This document shows positions 40,482 through 52,122 of a DNA stretch of 64,000 nucleotides, one piece after another. Under the pieces are notes generated by a model. That model did not search any database and was not told the DNA's origin. It worked only from the letters and a program-made list of their open reading frames with translations. The first letter of the stretch is position 1; every line of letters starts with the position of its first letter. This DNA comes from Blasia pusilla (lineage: Eukaryota): NCBI GenBank assembly GCA_050084515.1, contig CM114271.1, positions 12,214,001 through 12,278,000 on the forward strand. The letters are read 5' to 3'. A program made the translations under genes and the position numbers.

Positions 40482-40637
40482 ATGCTGCTGGTGCGCTATG
40501 AGATCCGAAATGAGAAAATCATTGCAAATCCACTGTTGTACCGTACTGCATCCAATGAGGATCGTGAAGGACTTTTGGAGGGAGTGGCGATGGACGCATT
40601 AGTCGGAATTATGAGACAACTAGGTTATCTAGCTGAG
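40482..40637 (+). pseudogene. SCAR: Captured fragment (N-terminal coding exon) of a plant SCAR/WAVE gene
   Basis: [52 protein letters not shown] matches the plant SCAR N-terminus pattern MPLxRY.xRNE...LLEGVAMAGLVGxLRQLGDLAE. Similarity stops at a splice-donor-like ga|gtatgt. Confidence 0.85.
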
Positions 40638-41223
40638 TATGTAATGATTGTGTGTTCTTCACCCTTCAGGTTCAGTTGTGATCATCCCTTCCTCCCTTCC
40701 TTGGAATGATGGAGATCTCTTAAGCTTGGACTGCCCAACACTTCTTCATCCATACAAAGCACTGCCCAAGCTTTCAAACTAGAGCCCAAAATCCCTAAAT
40801 GTGGATCTCCAAAGGGGATTCATACGTATACTTTGTAGCAAAAGTTATGGGTGCAGAGATTGTTCGCAGATTACTTTTGTGGAGGTTGTGCTCATGGCTG
40901 GTTGGAATCATGAATCAATCCACCCCGATTTCCAACTTGGGATTTCCATCGTAAGCAAATTATGCCAGCAAGCTACCTAGCTATATTCTACAGAGGCGCG
41001 AATCCTTCACAATAATGTTCACACACTCCATCCGGGGCCTTGTGCCCATCGCTCGGGCTGGAGTGGAAACGAACGGAGCATCAGTTGCTCCAAGTGGTAA
41101 GCATTTGCATCCCGCTGCCTTCCTTTTGCGTTTCTGAGTTTCAGATCCACTTGAAGAAAATCTACTTGTGGATGATTGAGTGATTTAAGGACAAGATCAC
41201 AACAATAAAACCTCCTTGCGTGA

Positions 41224-41338
<115 letters not shown>

Positions 41339-42529
41339 GAGAGGCCAGAAATGCAATGAATTCTGATGATCGGGAGACGAAAAGTTTATGGACTTGAGAG
41401 GGTGTATGAAGGAGACTCACATTAGATGCTAGAGCTTGCTCGCACATGTATCGTTTTTAAACTTCATTGATCACATCCACCCTCCTTAATACAAATAAAC
41501 ACCTCACTTCTAAAAAATGAATTAGGGTAGCAGAATTGTTTAAGTAGCATGAGAGTAGACAAGCGAGAGTACATGAGAGTAGGCAAGGAGAGGGAACCTA
41601 TGCACCCTGGAGATGTTCCTATGGACACGCGGGGTTTTGTTCGGGCGGTCACGATAAGCGTCTTCTTTGAAACTTGTATATTTGCACATATTTGGCTCCC
41701 ACGTATTTTTACAAGGCATCAGCCATTTGGATCTTCTCTTCTTTGTAGTTAAATTTTTTTTTGAGTTTCATATTGGGACTATGACTACAACTAGTAATTT
41801 TATTTCCACCTAATTTATATACTTATTAATCAAAGATTAACCTATTTATCATTATTCTTAGTTTTAACACGTCATATACTTAGTTAGTCTATTAGTTATT
41901 AAAAATTAACTACATTTAGTTAAGAGGACTAGATCTAGTTAACTTCATTTCCACGTAATATAAAATAATGGAAATTTTAATATTTTTATTCCTAATTAAA
42001 AATTTTAAATTACATGTCATACTTAGTGACTATGTTTAGTGACATACTATGACTAGATGATTACATGTTAGTAATCCTATGATTTCTAGTTGTAAAACTA
42101 GTGCCATAGGACCTAGTTGTAAATACTTTAGTTCTAAAATCACCTATTTCCTTCTAGTGTGCAAGGATGACGTCCATCTTGGTCAGAAACTCAATGTCCG
42201 AAAGAGGAGGAATTTGAGAGAAGCGTGATTGTGTTACAAGATTCCTTACCCTAGCACACGTTCCAATATACCTATGTGGTTCAAACTTCCATATTTGGTA
42301 TAGTTCTGGCGTACATTCGCCCGCCAAAACTATGTAGGCTCACTTGGCTACAATAGATAACATTTGTAGGGCAGTTGCACGATGACTCCCTCCAAACCTC
42401 TACCAATTGAAACACGAAGTTATGAATGGTAGCAAGTCTTCATGATTGGTTCTTTGTCTGCAGTACAAACAACTTACCACAAGGCCGAAGGGGTATTAGA
42501 TCTGAATTGCCACGACGTCAGAAGCGGTG

Positions 42530-42760
42530 ATACCTTCTGAAGGGGTACTAAGTCTAAAGGGTTTCCAAGTCTGAAGGGCTACTACGTATGAAGCGTTTGC
42601 AAGTCAAAAGGGCTGCAAGGATGGAGCATTACCACGTCTGAGAGGATACTACGTCTGGATCCTTACCACGTCAGAAATGCTACTACATAAAAAATACTAC
42701 CACGTCTGGACGGCTCGTTCCTGCATTTGAAGGGTTACTATGGTTGAACCATTACCTTCT
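42530..42760. repeat. Degenerate ~17-bp tandem repeat (aagggntactacgtctg)
   Basis: aaggggtactaagtcta, aagggtttccaagtctg, aagggctactacgtatg and further decayed units. Confidence 0.65.
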
Positions 42761-43687
42761 GACAACATGCAATAGGATCTCAAGTCCATACTTGAATGAA
42801 CATGGCAGGTCATAATCTGTGTGGTTCCCTGGGTGTAGATCTAAACATACTAACCGTAACGTCCAATATCCAAATGGAACAAGCCAATCCCTTTTATGAA
42901 GTTAAATACACTATTAGGAAGAAACCCAAGCGTCAGAGGCCAAGTATTACGGCCTTTGACGTTCTTCCTTCTCCTTGTCCCTCCACCATTTATCTACTTT
43001 TGTAAGATGGGACTAAAGGAGAGAAGTTTACAATACGCACAAAGTAGATAAGTAGACTAGTGACCTAAGTCCTCGAAAACCACGGCTAGCCAGCTGCAAA
43101 ACGCATTCGGAACTAAAACTTATTAAGGCGGTTGCACGCCTCAGCATTGTAATTGTAGTGTGATAACCTCACTCGAATCAGCCGAATGCTCTATAGTTCC
43201 CAATAACATTGCTCGCCTCTACGGGGACTACTTAAGAATGAGTACTTTAGATCCAGTTCCAAAAATGCAAACTAATTGAACTAGAGTTCCAATTAGCAAT
43301 TAGAACTCTAGTTCCAAAAGAACAAGTTGGCCTTGGTCGGTCGCGAGTACCTAAGAATCGGAACTATAGATCTAGTTAAAAAAATGATAACTGAATCCAA
43401 TTCCCTAAACCATTTTCGAAACTCTACATCTAGTTCAAGAAATGAGAATCAGTGTCAATCGGAAGTCTAGTTGCAAACCCTAAACCCTAAACACTGACAT
43501 GCAAAGCAGTTCTGGAAATGATAGAACAACCAAAATACCTTCACGAAGGACACTCAAGAATCAAGCTCGGGATGACATCTCCCACCTTGCAATAAAAGAT
43601 ATACATCCAATTGCATCTGAATTATGGATCTAGGTTTAGTTTGATAGCTCTAAATCCAAAAATGAACGGATACCTAAACCAAGGCTT

Positions 43688-46135
43688 TCAGAACTCGAGT
43701 TCCCAAATCAAATCGCTGGCCTCTTTGCGTGCTACTTCATAATGGGAACTATAGATCCAATTCTCAAAATGACAAGGAAGATCAATGGGAACTCAAGTTC
43801 CAATTCTTGACACAAAAATTGAGCCCGAACAAGGGCGTTCGGAGCTGTAGTTCCCAAAATTATCGTGCGCCTCCTTCTCGGCTTCCTCATCATCGAAATT
43901 ATAGATCTAGTTCTTGAAATGAGAAGGAGGATCAATCACAACTCAGGTTCCGGTTCCAAAGACGAGAAGTGAATCCAAACGGGGCATTTGGAAGTGTAGT
44001 TCCCAAAAATGATCGCCGGCCTCCATCTCGGTTTCCTCACCATCAAAACTCTGGATCCAATTCTCAAAATGAGGAGGAGGATCAATCAGAACTCATGTTC
44101 CAGTTCCACACACGAGAGTCCCTACCTAAACAAGGGCTTTTGGAACTAGAGTTCCCAAATCATATTGCGGACCTCCTTCCCCTTTAGATCACGATTGGAA
44201 CTCTAGACCCACTTCTCGAAATGAGAAGGAAGATCAATCGACACTCAAGTTCCCGTTCTAGAGATGAGAGTTGAGCCCAAATAGGAGCATTTGAAGCTAT
44301 GGCTCCCAAATGGGATCGTGGGCCTCTTTCCTGACTTCCTCACCATCTGAACTATAGATCCAATTCTTGAAAGAGAAGGAGGATGAATCCAAACTCAAGT
44401 TCCAATTCCAAAGATGACAACAGAGTCCAAATGGGAGCTTTCGGAATTTTAGTTCCTAAATGAGATTATGGGCCTCCTTCCTGGCTTCCTCACCATTGGA
44501 ACTATAGATCCAGTTCTTGAAATGAGAAGGAGGATCAATCAAAACATAGGTTCCAGTTCTAGAGACGAGAATCCCCCCCTAAACAAGGCCTTTTGGTACT
44601 ATAGTTCCTAAATCAAACCGCCGGCCTTTTTCTTTGCTACCTCACCATCAGAACTCTAGATCTAATTCTCGAAAGAAGAAAGAGGATCAAAAAGAACTCA
44701 AGGTCCGGTTCCAGAGATGAGAACTGAGTCTGAACGGGGGACATTTGCAACTATAACTCGTGGGCCTCCTTCCCAGCTTCCTCACCATCAAAACTCTAGA
44801 TCTAGTTCTTGAAATGAGAACAAGGATCAACGGGAACTCAGATTCCAGTTCCAGAGTTGACAACTGAGTTTGAACCGGAGCTTTCGGAACTGTAGTTCCC
44901 AAATGAGATCACGGGTCACCTTCCCGGCTTCCTCACCATCGGAACTCTAGATCCAATTCTAGAAATGATTAGGAGGATCAATCAGAACTCATGTTCTGGT
45001 TCCAAAGATGAGAGTCCTCCCCTAAACAAGGGCTTTTGGAACTGTAGTTCCCAAATTGGATCGTCGGCCTCTTTCCTTGCTACCTCACCATCAAAACTCT
45101 AGATCTAGTTCTCAAAATGAGAAGGGGGATCAAACAAAACTCAAGTTCAGGCTCCAGAGATGAGAACTAAGCTCAAACGAGAGCGTTCAAAGTTGTAGTT
45201 CTCGAATGGGATTGCGGGCCTCTTTAATTTCTCGGCTTCCTCACCATCCAAACAAGAGATTCAATTCTTGAAATAAGAAGGAGGATCAATCTGAACTCAG
45301 ATTCCGGTTCTAGAGAAAAGAGTCCCTCCCTAAAGTAGGGCTTTTGGAACTGTAGTTCCCCAAATCAAATCGACAGCCAGTTTCCTTGCCACCTCACCAT
45401 CGGAACTCTAGATCCAATTCTTGAAATGAGAAGGAGGAAAAATCGGAATTCAAGTTCCGATTCCGGAGACAAGCGTCCCCCCCTAAACGAGGGATTTCAA
45501 AATTGTAGTTCCCAAATCAAATCTCCGGCCTCTTTCCTTGCTATCTCACCATCAGAACTCTAGATCCAATTCTCAAGCTGAAAAGGAGGATCAAACGGAA
45601 TAGAGGTTGCAGTTCCAGAGATGAGAACTGAGCCCAAACGGGAGTGTTCAAAGCTATAGTTCTCAAATGGGATAGTGGGCCTCTTTCCCGGCTTCCTCAC
45701 CATTGGAACAAGAGATTCAATTCTTGAAATGAGAAGGAGGATCAATCTAAACTCAGGTTCTGTTTTTTGATAGAAGAACTGAGTGCGAATAGGAGCGTTC
45801 AAAGCCGTAGTCCCCGAATGGGATCGCGGGCTTCTTTCCCGGCTTTCTTACTATCGGAACAAGAGATTCAATTCTCAAAATGAGAAGGAGGATCAATCTG
45901 AACTCAAGTTCTTGTTCTAGAGATGAGAGTCCATCCCAAAACGAGGGCCTTTGGAATTGTAGTTCCCAAATAAGAAGGTGGGCCTCCTTCTTGGCATCCT
46001 CACCATCAGAAATCTAGATCGTGTTCTTGAAATGAGAAGGAGGATCAATCGAAACTCAGGTTCCAATTCCAAAGACGAGAACTGAGCCCGAACGGGGACA
46101 TTCGGAATTGTAGTTCCTAAGTGAGATCAAGGGCC
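43688..46135. repeat. ~151-bp tandem array, left part (~16 units)
   Basis: Anchor cctcaccatc recurs at 44780, 44931, 45083 and 45239. The core gaaatgagaaggaggatcaatc is conserved. Confidence 0.93.
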
Positions 46136-47421
46136 TATGGTACCCACATTTTTGAATTTTTGATAGGTAGACCAATTTTGTAGAGAATTGTAGAGAAGTC
46201 TTCACGAATTGAAGAGTGAAGGCTTAAGACTCAAAGTAAAGAAGAATGCTTTTCAAAAATTGTGTTGAAGCACATTGAGTCATGAAAGTGTGGAATGGGG
46301 TGAACTCTGCTGAAGGGTCAAGAAAGAAGTAAGAGTACGAGGCGCAGATGCTGCGTAGCGAAGACTGCACTATAGGAAGATGGTTAAGACTATTAAATGA
46401 AGACCTTTTAAGGACTTCTTCTTTGCAACATAAGTTCAAAGAGAGTCTTCGTGCAAAGATTGTGAACAAAGAACAAAGACCAAAGAGTAAAGACTAAGAA
46501 AGCAAAGAAGCGGAAGAAAGAAGAAGAAGGAATCAGCGAGAGACATCACAAAGTGATAATAGGTATGAAGACTAGGAAGAGGAAGAGGAATGATGTTTTT
46601 GAAGAAAAGGGATGAAAGGAAGGTCGCAAGGAGAACTTCTTTTCGGTGGCCGCAACAGTAGTATAGTCTGTCGAAGATAGGATAGGAGTGCTTTGCACCA
46701 AGCGAAGACTATAGATAGTGGACCATCGCAGCAATTTCGGAAGTTAGAAATGGAAGGGCGCCACGGATTCAGATGGAAGTAGAAGAGACCTCAACCGACT
46801 TAAGGGAAATGAAGGGTTGGAAGATCTGAACCGTTAGATTGTAAATTAGAAATCTAGAAGAAAGTAGAAAGATCAACCACGAATTGTAAAGAAGACTATT
46901 TAAAGAGTAAAGCAGAAGAGCGAGGGATCATTCCCTTGTGTCTTGAGTTTCAAGCACTCTTGTTGATCATGTGAGTAGTTTCTTTAGGGATGGTCCGAGT
47001 CAAAGAGTCTTGTACACTCTGAAGCTTGTAATACTTTCTAGTTTCCTCCACTCTTTGATGTAGTAGAAGTATCTTCGCTCATTCTTTCTGATGTGTTGAG
47101 TTGAGAGTCGATCTTATTGGGCTGCAGTAGGGATGAGAGTTGAGTCTATGATTTCAGATGTCTAGAGGATAGTCAAGAAAGGTGTATGAAATTTGTTAGA
47201 CATTGAGTAACGTGCCGTGACAGATTCAATTCTTAAAGTAGTATGAGCGGTAGTCTTCTTCATCTCTCTTCGAGGTCCTTGTTTGAACTTTGGTATCCAA
47301 GATTCGCATGACTCTTTCGCTGTACTTGAGAAGAGTTTTTTTTTTAGGGAAGAAACCCATTTTAATCTTTTGTACTATTGAAGACTTAGTTGTTGAAGCT
47401 CTTGGCTTACTTAGTGAAGAA

Positions 47422-47549
47422 TGTCGTACGCATACACATCGCTACACAACATACATCGCTATCATCGAACACACACACAAACACGCACGATCCCATGCTA
47501 ACTCATGGCATCCAAACAACGAGACAAGAAGTACTTAAATATCTCCAAT
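47422..47549 (-). repeat. Repeat B2 (128 bp), element 3' terminus
   Basis: Direct repeat of 48065-48192. Confidence 0.92.
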
Positions 47550-48062
47550 AAAGTAAGATCCAATCTCTCTCTACACCATCTCACACCCTAGCTCTCAAAG
47601 GTGTGCACTCTCTCTCATGTCAAACCAAACCCATTGTCCTAATGAGAGGCTTTGGTTATACTCACAAGGCAAGGGACCACAACTCCACTGCCTCATGCCA
47701 AGAGGTTCAACAAAGACAGAATGAGCTCTAAAGCGCTCTCTCCTTAAGGTATATCCCTCCCCTCTTCCAAGCTCTCTCCATGGTAACCTATTCTCCCAAG
47801 TCACCTCCTTGGCTCTTGACCTGATGTAGGAGGTCAAGGGCCACTTACTAAAAATTTAAAGTCGATCATATACTCAAAATGGTACTTATCTAAAATAGTA
47901 AGTTCCTCAATATGGCTCCAAATGAGCCGAAACGAAGGGGAAACCTGCTCCATCAGGTTTCCCGAGGCCTCAACAGATCATCCTCAACCTACTAAGCTTG
48001 TCCTCCACTACTCACAAAGGCACTCTACTAGATCTCACAGATCTATCCTAAAAGACGTGATA
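47550..48062 (-). repeat. Repeat A2 (~513 bp)
   Basis: Direct repeat of 60608-61120, from aaagtaagatccaatctctctc to ctatcctaaaagacgtga. Confidence 0.92.
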
Positions 48063-48064
48063 TT

Positions 48065-48192
48065 TTTTGTGCGCATACACATCGCTACACAACATATATC
48101 GCTATTACCGAACACACACACAAACACGCACGATCTGATGCTAACTCATGGCATCCAAACAACGAGACAAGAAGTACTAAAATATCTCCAAT
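48065..48192 (-). repeat. Repeat B1 (128 bp)
   Basis: Direct repeat of 47422-47549. Preceded in element orientation by a G-run (ctaggggggtg). Confidence 0.92.
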
Positions 48193-48378
48193 CACCCCCC
48201 TAGCTCGTGGTTAGGTCCCTCTAACTCCATATAGCCCTCTATCCCTACCTACCACGACATACATCTCTAGGACCCTAAGAGCAGAAAGGCCGGGTGCTCA
48301 TGTGCCCCCATCGTTAGTCGCCTTCCTCTCATCCATGTCATAGAAAAAGTCGGAATCGAAAACTACCTAGAATCTCTT

Positions 48379-51300
48379 CTATGTACATCTGGGACACATC
48401 CATTGTCCTCGAGGAACCCAAGTGAGAGGTGGCGTTAGACATGCCATATGCCAATCTCTCGAAAATCCATCACATACTAGCATCGTGGCCGTACCACGAG
48501 CAACGCCACACAACATACAACACAAGCCTGCAAAAACTATTGGTTAGCTCGAATCAACTGTACCATCAATGTTGGGAAGCTGACATGGCGCACAATTATG
48601 CACATGGTCCTTCCATACCATACCATCGCGTCCCTCCATCAAGAGAACACCGGATGGCAAAACGTCACGCACTCTCAAGATAGTGCGCCCTGCAGTCACA
48701 TCCAACGTCGTCGGTGCCGTCTGCCGCAAGTAGACATAATCTTCTTGATGAAACCTCCGGATAGTTGGTCGATAACCACCACCCCGAATAGTCGCATACC
48801 TCAACGTATCCCGATGCTACCCAATCGCCAAGTTCTCGAACGCCATGGGCATCACTCTCCAAAACAACTCAGCCCTCTAAGAACATACTCGCATCCATAT
48901 ATCTAGGTCATCAAGGTCCAACACTTCACCAGCATCTCGACGAATGGCCGCAGGTAAATCTAGCTCTCAACCATAAAGTAGCAAGTATGGTGAAAAAGAC
49001 GTTAAGGATGCTTGCTTGTTGAATCTGTATCCCATTACCAACCACGGCAATTGCAGGTCCCAATCTCCTAGGTGACCTCTTTGCAAGCCATACTTGTGTA
49101 AACCCCTCTTCACCGTCTGCACAACTCTCTCCGCTTATCCATCTACCTCGGGATGATCTCGCAAAGTCGTGCGGTGGTCGATCAACGCCTGATCACACAA
49201 GGCCTTGAACTCACCGTGAAACTCGGTACCCTGGTCTGTTAACACCTCAGTTGGTGCACCATATTGACTCAACACTCTGTCAAGGAAGGTATAAGCTACT
49301 CCCTCACTTGCTTTGTCAAGCAATGCAACCAACTCGATCCACTTTGAGAAGTGCTTGACCATCACCAACACATAACGACTATGACGCTCCGTCAAAGGCA
49401 AAGGTCTTGCAAAATCCAAACTCCATCTATATCCTAAGCCCATGATCGGTAATGGATGCAAGTATGGAGTCAGAGCATTGAATGATGCTCAAACCCAATC
49501 ACACACCATGCACCTGGCAACAAACTGCGGAACGTCAGTCTGCATGCCTCACCACCAATACTGAATCAGGAGCAAGCTATACGTCCGCTTCACCCCAAAG
49601 TGACCCAACTCCTTGTGGGCATGTTGTACTCGTCATGCTCTTTGCAAAGGATGCGGCAGTACGCGTACTCTACCATCCTCCCAAACCCTCAAAACATATG
49701 TCCCCTCCCAACGGAACCGTATGGCCCGTTGTAGGATCCGATCCTGCTCTCTAGCACCCACGATGCTCGCAACGCTGCTAGTACGAAGGAACTCCAAGAC
49801 TTCTCCATCATCATGAATATCTCGGCCACATGTCGTCTCCTCAATGGCCTTGGGATCCAAGGACTCTCCACTAGACCTTGCCATCAAATTCTCCACACTC
49901 TGGCTCTCCATAGCCAACATGCCTAAATAGGCTAACGCGTGCCATCCAGGCACTAACTCCTCATCACTCTCTCCATGCCATTGAGCTCCAATCGCATCTC
50001 GTTGACTCGAGCATGGGTTATGACTCAACCCATCTGCATCCTGGTTGAGCATCCTAGGTCTATGTACCACTTGCAAATCATACTCTTCCAACAACAGAGC
50101 CCATCTCGCAAGCTTCCCTGTAAGCTTCTCGGACTCCATTAACCACTTCAGTGGTTGATGATTAGTGATGATGGTAAAGGGGTTGCCGAATATGTAACAC
50201 CTGAAATGCATGACAGCCAACATTGCAGCCAAGCACTCACCCTCATACGAGCTATACTTCGCCTCTACAGCGTTGTTTAAGCGGCTAGCATAAGCCACCA
50301 CAAACTCTCTACCCTCATCATCATGCTCGATGAGCAGCGCTCCAAGCCCCAACATGCTCCAATCTGTGTGCAACTGCAAAGGATGCCCCTGATCAGTCTC
50401 CTCAAGATGGGCGCGGATGTCAACTTGTCCTTGAGCAACTGAAATGCTCGCTCTTGCTCATCCCCTGAGTGCCACTCATGATCCACCTTGGTCAACAAGA
50501 TTAACGGCTTCGCAATGGAACTGAATCCCTTGACGTACCGCCGATAGAAGTTTTCCAATCCCATGAATGCACAAACACGGCTCATATCTGTAGGGTGTGG
50601 AATGCGTGAGATAGCCTCTATCTTTGTCAGCTAAACACCAAGGCCCCGTGGGTATATTGTATGACCCAAGTACTCAATCTAGTCATAGAAGAACTTGCAC
50701 TTGCCTGGATGTAGCTTCAGCCCATGTAATTGCAATAGTCGAAACACCTCCTCAAGATGTCGCTCATGCTCCTCAACCGACAGCCCATGTAATTGCAATC
50801 GTCGAAACACCTCCTCTAGATGTCGCTCATGCTCCTCATCCGTGGCGCTAAAGACTATGATGTCATAAATATAATACCTAGCAAAATCCAGACCAGCCAA
50901 GATCCTATCCATGATCTTCCGAAACTCAGCGGGGGCGTTCTTTAACCCAAATAGTAAGAACCGCCACTGGTACAAACAACCTTCCCGTGAGGATCGATGC
51001 CCCAAAATGTCGTCTTCTGTCTGTCCTCCAATCTGATAGGCAACTGATGGTATTTGGCTCGCAAATCCAATGAACTGAAGACCTTTACGTGATAAATCGC
51101 ATCAAAGATCTCCTCAGGGGTGGGCATGGCATACCTATCGGACTTAGTCTACCAATTGATAGGTCGGTAATCCCCACACATCCGCCTATCCGTCCAGTTG
51201 CCATGCTCATCCTTCTTGGTGGGCATGATAGTGGCAGATGCATACTCCCCATGCGACATCTCCATTAGTCCTCCTCCGACCAAGTCCTGGCTCCTACTCT

Positions 51301-52117
51301 GAATCAGAGCCCTTTCCATATCACTATACGTGTAGAATCATCGGAAGATCGGCGTATCACTCGACAACTCAATGTGGATCCCCGATCCCTTTAGCGTACT
51401 CAGATCCTCTATGCTAAAAGAAAAGCAGCTCCTATAACTCTTGAGGAACTGATGTTTAGGCGCCGGCGTTTCCGGCGCCGCTCTCTTCCTGTCAAATTAG
51501 GGCCCATATCTGGCTCCCAAGTCTCCATCGTGACTACAGTAGGACTCTCCAGCGCAGGTATCGGTGGTTGCTATGGTGCAACCCCGTCTCAAACAACAAC
51601 ACTCGGCCGCTCTCCTACAGCCAACTGCAAACTCTGATCTCCTCCACATGCAGTGCTCGGAACCACGCTCGATACTGTGGCTATTATCTCTTGGCGTACC
51701 TGCAAAACATCCCAAGAAGTCCAAAGATGTCTCTCCCGATCTCCCCAGGTGTGTAGATCTCCTCGGGTCTCGCCCCCACCCACCGCCTCCATTGTCTTGG
51801 TAGGCATGGGGCTCACCAACGCAACCGCTATGATCTCTCGCGATCTCATACGACGCTGCTCAGCCACTCCCAAGCTAAGGATGCATGTCAAGCAGTTCAA
51901 GTCCATCGCTTGATCCAAGACACGGCGTCATGATGCCTCTGACATTGACGGTACTACCGTCAATCTTGTGGGAAATCCCATCACTCGCTCTCTCTCGTCG
52001 GTGTTGGGCTCCACCAACCGCTGAAACTGGTCATCCCAAACGAAGCTAGGACTGGCCTCTTTGTATGCATAGGAAGTGGGAAAACTCACAAACGTGGGCA
52101 AGGCTGCCCGCGGCTTG
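48379..52117 (-). pseudogene. Copy 2 pol, 3' part: DNMT C-terminus, RT, RNase H, integrase, PHD finger
   Basis: ERERVMGFP and DQAMDLN; VFSSLDLRAKYHQL, FGLKNAP, YIYDI; LHTDWS, NQDADGLS; WSLDF, LTDQGTEF; WMCPRCT* ending at 48379. Confidence 0.93.
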
Positions 52118-52122
52118 CCTAC

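Noticed and set aside
43475-43491. Interstitial telomere (aaaccctaaaccctaaa)
   Set aside because: Only about two units; common by chance or as a telo-box.
43688-46135. CRISPR-like array with palindromic repeats
   Set aside because: Whole 151-bp units are homologous with no unique spacers, there are no cas genes, and the context is eukaryotic TE sequence.
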